Positions 11,101 through 19,575 are shown, counted from the stretch's first letter. The stretch: DNA of 64,000 nucleotides from an uncultured Wohlfahrtiimonas sp. (GCA_947630895.1 CANRJJ010000002.1:7852-71851), one strand, 5' to 3'. Translations and numbers: made by a program. The notes: generated by a model from the letters alone, not told the origin.

Positions 11101-11343
11101 CATTTACGTTTACGTCCTATCATTATGACTTCATTGGCATTTGGTTTCGGAGTATTGCCAATGGCATTGAGTTCAGGTGCTGGTTCAGGTGCACAGAATG
11201 TGGTGGGTATCACAGTTATAGGCGGGATGATTGGTGGTACGATTCTTGTTCTCTTCTATGCGCCAGTATTTTTTACAATGATCGGTAGAAAGTTTGAACA
11301 AAAAGAGCATCAAATCCATGATAAAAAAGAAACTGCTGAATAA
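8161..11343 (+). CDS. RND multidrug efflux permease (AcrB/AdeJ family)
   Basis: 1060 aa. N-terminal MARFFIDRPIFAWVIAI...YPEIAPP and the 12-TM ACR_tran architecture. Confidence 0.95.
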   Translation: MARFFIDRPIFAWVIAILTMFLGILSLQSLPVSQYPEIAPPQVSISGAYPGANATTIENSVTQVIEQNLSGLDGFRYMSSSSTSQGSFQITVTFNQGTDPDMAQVQVQNKIQTALSTLPEDVQRQGVTVSKSSTSFFMVVSFYSTDGKYNQADIGDFVNTNIKDTISRIQGLGTIQFFGSGYAMRVWLDPYLLNKYKMTPIDVMGAIREQNSQVAFGQMGAMPTTNGQEINFTITAQTQLETVEQFENIQLRVNEDGSQVRLSDVARIELAAESSAFDSKYNNMPSAALALSLASGANALETATNVKTTLEELSSLLPEGIKIAYPYDTTPFVEISIKNVVKTLVEAIALVFVVMYLFLRNFRATIIPTLAVPVVLLGTFAVLELFGFTLNTLTLFAMVLAIGLLVDDAIVVVENVERIMEEEHLSPVEATRKTMDQITGALVGIAVVISAVFVPMAFLGGASGVIYRQFSITIITAMTLSVICAIVFTSALCATMLESHHERQEPKGIAKLFVPLLRLIDWPITKFNDFFDRLNARYRNGAKHAVTNRKRYLAGFAVILVLIYFGFQRLPASFLPEEDQGIMIGMTIAPDGTSLNITNDILSQVAEHVLTEETDSVESIMAVSGFSFSGRGGQHGVFFLKLKDWGLRTSKEQSLGAIQNRIQTFLQTIPGAQGFVFAPPAIIELGTATGVSFTLQNMTGLPHDQFMGEVMKFMGLAATKSKTMNIATLRPGGQFDGPQLYVDIDQEKARALQITVGDINNSLAIAWGSLYVNDFIDRGRVKRVMLQGDAEYRMQAEDFDKWYVRNKVGQMVPFSAFATTKWTYGPAQLNRFDGYSSFPMSIEAKPGYSTGEVMKEIEEMTKEYLDGIQVKWTDTSYEEREAGDIQMILYAISVFVIFLSLAALYESWSIPFAVILTLPVGVIGAVIAANMGGVDNDVYFQVGLLTVLGLTSKNAILIIEFAKDLLLQGKNIIDATVEAAHLRLRPIIMTSLAFGFGVLPMALSSGAGSGAQNVVGITVIGGMIGGTILVLFYAPVFFTMIGRKFEQKEHQIHDKKETAE

Positions 11344-11371
11344 TGAACAATATTATTTAAGTTGAATAAAG

Positions 11372-11395
11372 AAACCGCTGAAAAGCGGTTTTTTA
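11372..11395 (+). terminator. Intrinsic terminator after the RND permease gene
   Basis: Stem aaaccgct / loop gaaa / stem agcggttt followed by a T-run. Confidence 0.8.
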
Positions 11396-11423
11396 TTGCT
11401 CAAAATAAAATTATCTAGGCAAT

Positions 11424-11448
11424 AAAAAAACCCTCTTTCGAGGGTTGA
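11424..11448 (-). terminator. Intrinsic terminator of the DUF493 gene (minus strand)
   Basis: On the minus strand: stem aaccct / loop cgaaag / stem agggtt followed by ttttttt. Confidence 0.7.
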
Positions 11449-11457
11449 ATGATGATC

Positions 11458-11733
11458 TTATAGTGCCCAAAGAACGCGTTCTTCAGCTTTCAATAATTCA
11501 TACACTTTGTCGATGTCTTCTTGTTTTTCTACCCAAACATCAATGGATAACGACAAGAATTTATCTGATTTACTCATTAATCTTTTGATTTTTGAGCCAT
11601 CTACTTTTGGATCAACTTGCTTCAAAAGCTCGATGATGTCATTTTCAAATTCTTCAGTATTTTTACCTGTGATTTTGAATAAAAAATGACAAGGAAATTC
11701 TACTAATGGTTCGTTGGTTTCTGGATTAATCAT
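11458..11733 (-). CDS. DUF493 / YbeD-family small protein
   Basis: 91 aa. The FPCHFLFKITGKN motif and the size fit the UPF0250/YbeD family. Confidence 0.65.
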   Translation of the reverse strand: MINPETNEPLVEFPCHFLFKITGKNTEEFENDIIELLKQVDPKVDGSKIKRLMSKSDKFLSLSIDVWVEKQEDIDKVYELLKAEERVLWAL

Positions 11734-11752
11734 AATTAATACTCCTAGTTAA

Positions 11753-13129
11753 TTAGTTAGTTTCTCTGCGCCAAGTTGTTTGGCCTTGTTTATCTTCCAA
11801 AACAACGTTGCGTGCTTTTAACTCGTCACGAATGCGATCAGATTCAGCCCAATCTTTATTAGCACGAGCTTCGTTGCGTTTAATGATTAAAGCTTCGATT
11901 AAATCACTGTCATCATCAGATTGATTCGGTGCACTTTTTAAGAAAGCATCAGGATTCGCTTCAAGAATGCCTAAAACGCTACCTAAAGTTTTTAACACAA
12001 CATAATCTTTTGGATCATGATTTTTGTTATACAAGTTTGCTGCTTCAAATAATAGATCAATGGCCATTGGTGTATTGAAATCATCATTCATCACTTCTGT
12101 GAAGCGAACAGCAATCGGGTGATTAGCATCGAACTCAGGCAATGATTCAGGTGGATTATTCAACGCTGTATATAAACGGCGTAAGCCATTCCAAGCTTGG
12201 TTTAATAGATCATCTGAATAGTTAACATGCGTACGATAATGGCTATTTAACATGAAAAAGCGAATCACTTCAGCAGGGAAGTATTTCAATACATCACGAA
12301 TCGTGAAGAAGTTGCCCAATGATTTACTCATTTTTTCATTGTTGATGTTGATGAAGCCATTGTGCATCCAATAATTTGCCATTGGTTCGTCGTGATAACC
12401 TTCAGATTGTGCAATTTCACATTCATGATGGGGGAATTTTAAATCCATCCCACCGCCATGAATATCGAAATGATTCCCCAAAGCTTCCTTACTCATCACA
12501 GAACATTCAATATGCCACCCAGGGCGACCATTGCCCCAAGGAGATTCCCAATAAGGTTCGTTTACTTTTGCACGTTTCCATAAAACGAAATCTAAAGGAT
12601 CTTCTTTATCTGATTGCACTTCTACGCGTTCACCTGAACGTAACTCATCAATATTTTGATTGGATAATTTGCCATAATCTTTAAAGCGACGCACACGATA
12701 GTAAACATCGCCATCAGGCACAGCATAAGCTAAATCTTTTTCGATTAAACCTTGGATTAATTCAATCATGCCTGCAACAGCTTCTGTGGCTTTTGGTTCT
12801 GTATCAGGTGCTAATACATTCAATGCAGCGCAATCTTCATGCATTGCATTGATAAATTCTTCAGTTAAGGCTTGAATGGTAATGCCGCGCTCATTCGCTC
12901 TTGCGATAATTTTGTCATCAATATCAGTAATATTGCGTACAAAATGAACGTCAAAACCTTTGTACATTAAATAGCGACGAATCATATCAAATGAGATCAA
13001 TGAACGTGCATGGCCGATGTGACAATAATCATAAACAGTCATTCCGCATACATACATACGAATTTTGTTAGGCTCAATGGGGACAAATTGTTCGTGTTTT
13101 CTGGTTAGGCTGTTAAAAATAGAGAGCAT
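11753..13129 (-). CDS. cysS: Cysteinyl-tRNA synthetase
   Basis: Starting at 13129 (MLSIFNSLTRKHEQF) matches the E. coli CysS N-terminus. HIGH motif CHIGHARS, KMSKSLGN motif, and the Zn-binding region GRPGWHIEC. Confidence 0.96.
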   Translation of the reverse strand: MLSIFNSLTRKHEQFVPIEPNKIRMYVCGMTVYDYCHIGHARSLISFDMIRRYLMYKGFDVHFVRNITDIDDKIIARANERGITIQALTEEFINAMHEDCAALNVLAPDTEPKATEAVAGMIELIQGLIEKDLAYAVPDGDVYYRVRRFKDYGKLSNQNIDELRSGERVEVQSDKEDPLDFVLWKRAKVNEPYWESPWGNGRPGWHIECSVMSKEALGNHFDIHGGGMDLKFPHHECEIAQSEGYHDEPMANYWMHNGFININNEKMSKSLGNFFTIRDVLKYFPAEVIRFFMLNSHYRTHVNYSDDLLNQAWNGLRRLYTALNNPPESLPEFDANHPIAVRFTEVMNDDFNTPMAIDLLFEAANLYNKNHDPKDYVVLKTLGSVLGILEANPDAFLKSAPNQSDDDSDLIEALIIKRNEARANKDWAESDRIRDELKARNVVLEDKQGQTTWRRETN

Positions 13130-13275
13130 AATGACTTCCATGAATAAAAATTTCTATATATCTTAGCATGATGGAGCCATTTATCAGAGATTCAAGAGAA
13201 TATTGATTTGGAAAATAGAGAGTTTCGTATATCCTTTTGAGAAGGACACAATAAATATAACAAAGAGGAGAGTGA

Positions 13276-14895
13276 ATGTTACTTCATTCATTGGAAATAC
13301 TAGGTTTTAAAGGTATTAGAGATCTAACGATAAATTTTAATAAAGATATCAGTGTGCTGATTGGTGAAAATAGTTGGGGCTCGACAAGTCTTTTGTCAGC
13401 ATTATCCATTATCAGTCCAGAAAATTTTTTATATGACTGTCAAAAGCATGATTTTTATTACGAAGAAGATTGTCCTGATGATTGTTTAACGTTGCGATTT
13501 ACTTATGTGGATGATTCATCCACAACAGAAGAAATAGCACAGAATAATCCTTTATTTGAAGTGATTTATTTTTCAAGGCAGTTGAGAAAGCAGGTTGTTT
13601 GTTATCAAGTGAGAGCTACCAAAACAAATGGTTCGATCGAAACAGAGCACAGCTTTATTGATACACATCGCAAAATAATAGCTGTAGAAAATTTCGCCGA
13701 GCATCTGAGATATCTCATTGATATGAATCCATTGATAATGTTTAAGGAGCAGCTAAGCGCTAAACAATTATCGAATGGCTATGGCGCTCGAGCTAAAGAT
13801 GCATATCATTCTTTGGTCGAGCAATTGATGAAAGATGCCGAGCAGTTATCACGCAAAGAAGTACAACAAGGTTTATCAGCAGCGACACTTTTGTTGACTT
13901 ATTACTTAACGAACCAAAAGAATTATGAAGAGCCGATTAGAAAGCCAACATTAGAAGATTGGCAAATCTTGGATAAAATTAATGATCTATTGGATCGAGT
14001 GGATAGCTCGATTACACGGAATATGATGATGGATTTTTTTGCCAATATGATTTTTCATCGCATGGGATTTGAGCTATTAGAAGGTGCTTCGCCAATTTTA
14101 GTGTTTAAGAATTTTGGCGGAAATATGCATCCGATCATTACATCGGTAGGTATGCGGCTGTTGAAAAATATATCAGTACAAAAAATATTAACTTCACATA
14201 CGAGTGATTTAATCCCGATGCTTTCTTTGCAGAATGTGATGCGAATATCACGCTCAGATTCAAGTGTTGTGGTGAATCAAGTATTGCCAAAAGATATTAG
14301 CAGTAGCACCAATAGAAAAGTCTTATTTCACGTATTTCATCGCAGACCTGTTGCACTTTTTGCGCGTTGTTGGTTTTTAGTGGAAGGAGAAACAGAGATA
14401 TGGCTATTGAGAGAATTGGCAGAAATTTGTGGACATAATTTAAATGCAGAAGGGATTGCATTGATAGAGTTTGCGCAATGTGGAATTTTACCTTTAATTG
14501 AATATGCAGAAGCAATGGGCATCGAGTGGTATGTAATGGCAGATGGTGATGCAGCAGGGCGCCATTATGCCAAATCTGTTCGTAGTCACTGTAAAGATAA
14601 AGAGCATTATTATCGTCATATGACTCAGTTACCTTCGAGAGATATTGAGAATTTTCTCTTCCAAAAAGGTTTTAGCTCCGTTTATAAACAAGTGGCTTAT
14701 GGCTCAACAGAATTTGTGAATTTACCTGTACATGAAATCATTCAGCGGGCTGTTCAGAAAAGTTCTAAGCCAGATTTAGCACTGGCAGTTTGTGATTTTG
14801 CACGTACAAGAGGAACAGAGTTGATTCCATCTTTATTGCAGAAAACATTTAAGAAAGTTATCGAGTTATCGAAGGGATTCATAAAAAATGAATAG
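13276..14895 (+). CDS. YbjD-like OLD-family protein (DUF2813 ABC-ATPase-like N-domain plus C-terminal Toprim)
   Basis: 539 aa. It is collinear by eye with E. coli YbjD as I recall it. The Toprim motifs FLVEGETEIW and VMADGDAAG are present, but the P-loop reads GENSWGSTS, with no lysine. Confidence 0.75.
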   Translation: MLLHSLEILGFKGIRDLTINFNKDISVLIGENSWGSTSLLSALSIISPENFLYDCQKHDFYYEEDCPDDCLTLRFTYVDDSSTTEEIAQNNPLFEVIYFSRQLRKQVVCYQVRATKTNGSIETEHSFIDTHRKIIAVENFAEHLRYLIDMNPLIMFKEQLSAKQLSNGYGARAKDAYHSLVEQLMKDAEQLSRKEVQQGLSAATLLLTYYLTNQKNYEEPIRKPTLEDWQILDKINDLLDRVDSSITRNMMMDFFANMIFHRMGFELLEGASPILVFKNFGGNMHPIITSVGMRLLKNISVQKILTSHTSDLIPMLSLQNVMRISRSDSSVVVNQVLPKDISSSTNRKVLFHVFHRRPVALFARCWFLVEGETEIWLLRELAEICGHNLNAEGIALIEFAQCGILPLIEYAEAMGIEWYVMADGDAAGRHYAKSVRSHCKDKEHYYRHMTQLPSRDIENFLFQKGFSSVYKQVAYGSTEFVNLPVHEIIQRAVQKSSKPDLALAVCDFARTRGTELIPSLLQKTFKKVIELSKGFIKNE

Positions 14896-15075
14896 AATGT
14901 GTGATATTATGGTGAACTTAGTGAAATTTATGTCTTATTAAGTATTCTCTTATTAAAATTTTAAATCGATCATGTTTAGTATTTTAATAGGAAATTACCT
15001 TGTATATGTCGGCTTAAAAATATAGTATGTTCACGTCATTTATTTTTCGTTCAATTATTTAAAAGGAGTCTTAAC

Positions 15076-15651
15076 ATGGATGTTGATTTTACATTTGGTA
15101 ACTCAAAAACTGTTGGCGATCGTTTGGATGCGTTTGAAGTAACAGGCGTAAAACCAGGTTTTAACCATCACGAAGAAAACGGTGTTTCTGCATTTGAAAC
15201 AATCAATGAAAAATCTTTCCCAGGTAAATGGAAAGTTATCTATTTCTATCCAAAAGATTTCACATTCGTATGTCCTACAGAAATCGTAGCATTCGATAAA
15301 TTGGCTGGTGAATTTGCTGATCGTGACGCTGTATTGATGGGCGGAAGCGTAGATAACGAATTCTGTAAATTGGCTTGGAGACGTGATCATAAAGATTTAG
15401 ACAAATTGGGTCATTACTCTTTTGCTGACGTAAAAGGTGAATTGATCGATATGTTAGGAATTCGTGATCAAAACGAAGGCGTAGCATTACGTGCTACTTT
15501 CATCGTAGATCCAGATAACGTTATTCAACACGTTTCAGTAAACGGTTTGAACGTTGGTCGTAACCCAGCAGAAACTTTACGTATTTTAGATGCGTTACAA
15601 ACTGATGAATTATGTCCATGTAATCGTCAAGTAGGCGGCGAAACTCTATAA
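15076..15651 (+). CDS. ahpC: Peroxiredoxin, mycobacterial-type AhpC (3-Cys)
   Basis: 191 aa with the strong RBS aaaggag. PKDFTFVCPTEI carries the peroxidatic Cys, and the C-terminal LCPCN pair parallels LCACN of M. tuberculosis AhpC. Confidence 0.85.
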   Translation: MDVDFTFGNSKTVGDRLDAFEVTGVKPGFNHHEENGVSAFETINEKSFPGKWKVIYFYPKDFTFVCPTEIVAFDKLAGEFADRDAVLMGGSVDNEFCKLAWRRDHKDLDKLGHYSFADVKGELIDMLGIRDQNEGVALRATFIVDPDNVIQHVSVNGLNVGRNPAETLRILDALQTDELCPCNRQVGGETL

Positions 15652-15676
15652 TTTAGAGTGAGCATAAAGATTATGA

Positions 15677-15700
15677 AACCACGCTTCGGCGCGGTTTTTT
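15677..15700 (+). terminator. Intrinsic terminator after ahpC
   Basis: Stem accacgc / loop ttcg / stem gcgcggt (one mismatch) followed by tttttt. It abuts the convergent xerC stop codon. Confidence 0.65.
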
Positions 15701-16634
15701 ATTGCTCGTCTTTTGTTGATTTTTTTTTGGCGCGAGGATGTGCTGAGTCAAATACTTTAGAAAGATGACCAAAGTCTAAATGTGTATAAACTTGCGTGGT
15801 TGATATATCTGCATGACCTAAAAGTTCTTGTACCGAGCGAATATCTTGGCTGGATTCTAAGACATGCGTTGCCATAGAGTGGCGAAACATATGAGGGTGG
15901 ATCTTTAGTCCTTTACCAAGCTTTTGTGCCATATGTTTGACTCTATTATCAATCTGTCGGCTAGTTAAGCGATTGCCTTGTTGAGAGATGAATAGGGCAG
16001 GATCAGTTTTTTGCCATTGATCACGAATGTTAAGCCAAAGAGATAAAGCTTCTTTCGCTTTGTTGCCAAGCGGTAAAATACGCCCTTTACCACCTTTGCC
16101 ATCATTCACACGAATCTCATTGTTCGCTAATGATATGTCAGACATATCTAAAAAAGTTAATTCAGATAAACGTAAACCAGAACTGTAAAAAAGCTCACAA
16201 ATGGCCAAATCCCGTGTTTCTAATGGTGTACTTGGTTGTTGATTCAGCAGCTCTTGCATAGTATCAACAGCAATAACTTTGGGTAAAGATTGTTGTGTTT
16301 TCGGTGTTTTAACCAAACGAGCAGAATTGGAAGTAATGAATTCTTGAGATTCAAGGTAATCATAAAATACTCGAATGCTGGCAAGATGTGTTTTTAAGCT
16401 ATTCAGTGATAATGGCTTTGCAAAAGTAGGATGTTTCTTATCACCTTTGTGGCGATAAATAATATATTTCTGTAAACAACCTTGATCGCATTCCTGCCAT
16501 TGTGTGATTTTTTGATCGCATAAATATTCAGCCAGTTGGCGGAGTGTCAAAGCTTTAATCTCAACACTTTTAGGGCGATATCTTTGGGAGAATTGTGTTA
16601 AAAACTGATCAATGGGATCAAATAAACTACTCAT
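15699..16634 (-). CDS. xerC: Tyrosine recombinase XerC
   Basis: 311 aa. Catalytic motifs RLSEL, HMFRHSMATH and LLGHADISTTQVYTH. The C-terminal LDFGHLSKVFDSAHPRAKK resembles E. coli XerC rather than XerD. Confidence 0.8.
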   Translation of the reverse strand: MSSLFDPIDQFLTQFSQRYRPKSVEIKALTLRQLAEYLCDQKITQWQECDQGCLQKYIIYRHKGDKKHPTFAKPLSLNSLKTHLASIRVFYDYLESQEFITSNSARLVKTPKTQQSLPKVIAVDTMQELLNQQPSTPLETRDLAICELFYSSGLRLSELTFLDMSDISLANNEIRVNDGKGGKGRILPLGNKAKEALSLWLNIRDQWQKTDPALFISQQGNRLTSRQIDNRVKHMAQKLGKGLKIHPHMFRHSMATHVLESSQDIRSVQELLGHADISTTQVYTHLDFGHLSKVFDSAHPRAKKKSTKDEQ

Positions 16635-16995
16635 AGCCTTTACGCATATCTCGTAACTTTTGACGATCTTTTTTATCGGGTGCTTTATCAGGTTTAGGAT
16701 TATGCACTAATTTTTTCATTTCACGATCAGCCATTCTTTTTTCGAGGCTTTCTTCTGTTTCATGATAAAGCAATACTGCCACTTTGGCAGGACCACGAAT
16801 CTCACTCAGATCATCAACGATAATGTGGAAAGTTTCGCTTGCTTTTTCGATGATTAAAGTATCTTCTATTTTAATAGTGCGAGCAGGCTTGGCTTTGTCA
16901 CCATTAACTTGAATTTGATTCTTTTCAATGGCCTCAACAGCCAAGCGGCGAGTTTTATAAAATCTCGCCGCCCATAACCATTTATCGAGTCTCAT
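16627..16995 (-). CDS. hslR: Ribosome-associated heat-shock protein Hsp15 (S4 domain)
   Basis: 122 aa. MRLDKWLWAARFYKTRRLA is the Hsp15 signature. Confidence 0.85.
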   Translation of the reverse strand: MRLDKWLWAARFYKTRRLAVEAIEKNQIQVNGDKAKPARTIKIEDTLIIEKASETFHIIVDDLSEIRGPAKVAVLLYHETEESLEKRMADREMKKLVHNPKPDKAPDKKDRQKLRDMRKGYE

Positions 16996-17350
16996 TTTTT
17001 TCTTCAGATGTAGAAGTTTGCTCTTCCATCACTGATTCAATTTCTGCTTCAATTGCAGCAGCTTTTTGATCAGCTTTCTCTTGTTCTGCTTCATTTTCCA
17101 AAAGAACAATATTGAGTTCTAAAACATCTAAGCCATCTTCTTTATCCATAGCAACCTTGATCTGATCGCTATCAATTTGCATATATTTGCGGACAACTTC
17201 TAAGATATCTCTCTGTAGATCTTTTAAGAAATCAGGTTGATTCGATGGTGAGTTTTGATTTCGCTCATGCGCAACAATGATTTGTAAACGCTCTTTTGCA
17301 ATAGATGCTGATGCTGTTTTTTTTCGTCTTTTAAATAGTGCGCTAAACAT
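16982..17350 (-). CDS. minE: Cell-division topological specificity factor MinE, with an acidic C-terminal extension
   Basis: The N-terminus KKTASASIAKERLQIIVAHER and DILEVVRKYMQID match MinE. It lies directly downstream of minD. Confidence 0.92.
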   Translation of the reverse strand: MFSALFKRRKKTASASIAKERLQIIVAHERNQNSPSNQPDFLKDLQRDILEVVRKYMQIDSDQIKVAMDKEDGLDVLELNIVLLENEAEQEKADQKAAAIEAEIESVMEEQTSTSEEKNETR

Positions 17351-17353
17351 ACA

Positions 17354-18163
17354 TTAACCTCCAAAAATTCTTTGGAAGAAGCCTTTTTTCTCTGCTTCAA
17401 TGAAACGATGTGGTTTATCTTCGCCAAGGTATCTTGCAACGATGTCTTCATATGCTTGGCCAGCATCTGATTCTTCGTCTAAGATTACAGGCGTACCAGC
17501 ATTTGAACACTGTAAAACTGATTCTGATTCAGGCACAACACCAATCAATGGAATGCCTAAAATTTCTAAAACGTCGGTCACAGAAAGCATATCGCCAGAT
17601 GCAGCGCGTTCAGGGCTATAGCGCGTTAAGATAAGATGTTGCTTAACTTCTTCGCCTTTTTCAGCTTTGGCTGTTTTGCTTGCAAGAATGCCTAAGATTC
17701 TATCTGAGTCACGCACAGAAGAAACTTCTGGGTTTGTCGTAACGATCGCATCATCAGCGAAATACATTGCTAATTGTGCACCTTTTTCAATACCTGCAGG
17801 TGAATCACAGATAATGTATTCAAAACCTAAATCCTTTAAGCCTTGAATCACTTTGCCAACACCTTCAATAGACAATGCATCTTTATCACGGGTTTGCGAA
17901 GCGGGTAAAATAGAGAGATTTTCTAAACGTTTATCTTTAATGAGAGATTGCTGTAGAGTTGCTTCATTATTCACAACGTTTACAAAGTCATAAACAACGC
18001 GACGTTCGCATCCCATGATAAGATCTAGATTGCGCAAGCCAACATCAAAATCAATGACTGCTGTTTTATGGCCGCGTTTTGCTAAACCGGCTGCAATACT
18101 CGCACTCGTTGTGGTTTTACCAACACCACCTTTTCCTGAAGTTACAACTATTACTCGTGCCAC
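17354..18163 (-). CDS. minD: Septum site-determining ATPase MinD
   Basis: 269 aa. Deviant Walker A SGKGGVGKTT and a C-terminal amphipathic helix KKGFFQRIFGG. Confidence 0.97.
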   Translation of the reverse strand: MARVIVVTSGKGGVGKTTTSASIAAGLAKRGHKTAVIDFDVGLRNLDLIMGCERRVVYDFVNVVNNEATLQQSLIKDKRLENLSILPASQTRDKDALSIEGVGKVIQGLKDLGFEYIICDSPAGIEKGAQLAMYFADDAIVTTNPEVSSVRDSDRILGILASKTAKAEKGEEVKQHLILTRYSPERAASGDMLSVTDVLEILGIPLIGVVPESESVLQCSNAGTPVILDEESDAGQAYEDIVARYLGEDKPHRFIEAEKKGFFQRIFGG

Positions 18164-18185
18164 GATAGACTCCTAAGTTTTATAT

Positions 18186-18917
18186 TTAAAGTTCTTTAGT
18201 GATGTGTTCTATTTTTAATTCATCATCTTCCAGATATATTTGTACAGCTTTTCCGTACCATTCATCAGCAATTGATTCTAAAAGCTTGTATTTACCAGCG
18301 ATAGAGATCAACTCAGCTTCCAATGATTGGCAAAAAATTCTTGCAGAAGTGTCGCCATTAACACCGGCTAATGCTCGACCGCGCAAAGCACCATAAATAT
18401 GGATATTTCCTGTTGCTAAAACTTCAGCGCCGGTATTCACAGTATTAATGATGATTAAATCTCCATCTGTATGATAAACCTGTTGTCCTGAACGAATGTG
18501 GCTAGTGACCATTTTGACTGAACTTTCTGCTTTTTCAGCAGGCACTTCAGGTTTAACTTCTTTGACAGGCTCACTTTGTTCAGCTTTAGGCTTTTCATAA
18601 CGAGGTTGGATATTTGGAAAAATTCCCCAGTTACTAGCTTTCGCTTTATTTAATAAGTGTTCTGGCGTATTGAGCAAAGCAACAGGAATGATTCCTTGAT
18701 TAAGAAGTAGATTTTTAAGCCAATTGAAGTCCAAGTGTAAGGTATCTTCAGGTAGCTGACCTAAGTCTATAATCATAGGTAATTGCTGAAAAAAATCAGG
18801 GGATTCAGCAATCTTTGCGTTTAAAGTTTCTTCAAACTCTTTAAGATTGCTGGAAAATAGATGAAGAACGGTTAATGTAAAAAGACCGCCCTTCATTTGA
18901 AAACAAGGTTTAGACAT
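18186..18917 (-). CDS. minC: Septum site-determining protein MinC
   Basis: 243 aa. The C-terminal beta-helix motif GAEVLATGNIHIYGALRGRALAG is present, and the gene sits upstream of minDE. Confidence 0.9.
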   Translation of the reverse strand: MSKPCFQMKGGLFTLTVLHLFSSNLKEFEETLNAKIAESPDFFQQLPMIIDLGQLPEDTLHLDFNWLKNLLLNQGIIPVALLNTPEHLLNKAKASNWGIFPNIQPRYEKPKAEQSEPVKEVKPEVPAEKAESSVKMVTSHIRSGQQVYHTDGDLIIINTVNTGAEVLATGNIHIYGALRGRALAGVNGDTSARIFCQSLEAELISIAGKYKLLESIADEWYGKAVQIYLEDDELKIEHITKEL

Positions 18918-18933
18918 GAAGAATAAATCCTAA

Positions 18934-19419
18934 TTAGTGATCGTGACCGCCTGCGTGAACGTGACCATGATCTAATTCTTGTGCAGTTGCATCACGTACT
19001 TCAACAACATCAACGTCAAAGTTCAAAGTTTTACCTGCTAAGAAATGGTTAGCATCTAAAGTGATTTCATCACCTTCTACGCTTAAAATTACAAAATGAC
19101 GTTGATGACCATTTTCTTCAGCTGCAATCATGCCGCCTGGTTGAATATCATCAGTTTCTTTGAAGTGTTCGCTACGGCTGATTGTGAATATATTTTCATC
19201 ACTGCGAAGACCGTAACCATCTTCAGGCGCTACGCTGAATGCAACTTGTTGACCAGCTGCTGCACCTTCCAATGCTTTTTCAAAACCTGGGATCATCATG
19301 CCAGCGCCTTGAATGTATGTTAATGCTTGCTCTTGACCTTTGTTACTATCAATCACATTACCTTGATCGTCAGTTAATGTGTAGAAAACAGATACAACTT
19401 TCTTAGGTGCAATGCTCAT
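18934..19419 (-). CDS. slyD: FKBP-type peptidyl-prolyl isomerase SlyD
   Basis: 161 aa. An FKBP domain with an inserted IF domain and a His-rich tail DHGHVHAGGHDH. Confidence 0.88.
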   Translation of the reverse strand: MSIAPKKVVSVFYTLTDDQGNVIDSNKGQEQALTYIQGAGMMIPGFEKALEGAAAGQQVAFSVAPEDGYGLRSDENIFTISRSEHFKETDDIQPGGMIAAEENGHQRHFVILSVEGDEITLDANHFLAGKTLNFDVDVVEVRDATAQELDHGHVHAGGHDH

Positions 19420-19575
19420 TATTAAATCCTTATCAATAATTGGTTTGAATTTTCACACTATACAGCAAACTCTAGTCGATCACTAGACGTTCGGCTGGTT
19501 TTTTAGTGTAAATAAACTCCCGTTTAAGCATAAAAACACCTATAATATGAGTAATTTTTCATTGAGGGGGACAAA

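Noticed and set aside
13276-14895. The OLD-family gene as the core of an anti-phage defence island
   Set aside because: It is a single gene flanked by housekeeping genes (cysS, ahpC), with no partner genes such as UvrD/helicase or retron/Gabija-like components. It resembles the widely conserved chromosomal YbjD rather than a mobile defence cassette. It is kept only as a finding about its degenerate ATPase motifs.
15699-16634. A tyrosine recombinase as a phage or island integrase marking a mobile element
   Set aside because: The C-terminus and overall pattern match the housekeeping XerC. The gene overlaps hslR and minE within an operon. No attachment-site repeats, tRNA gene or phage genes are nearby.
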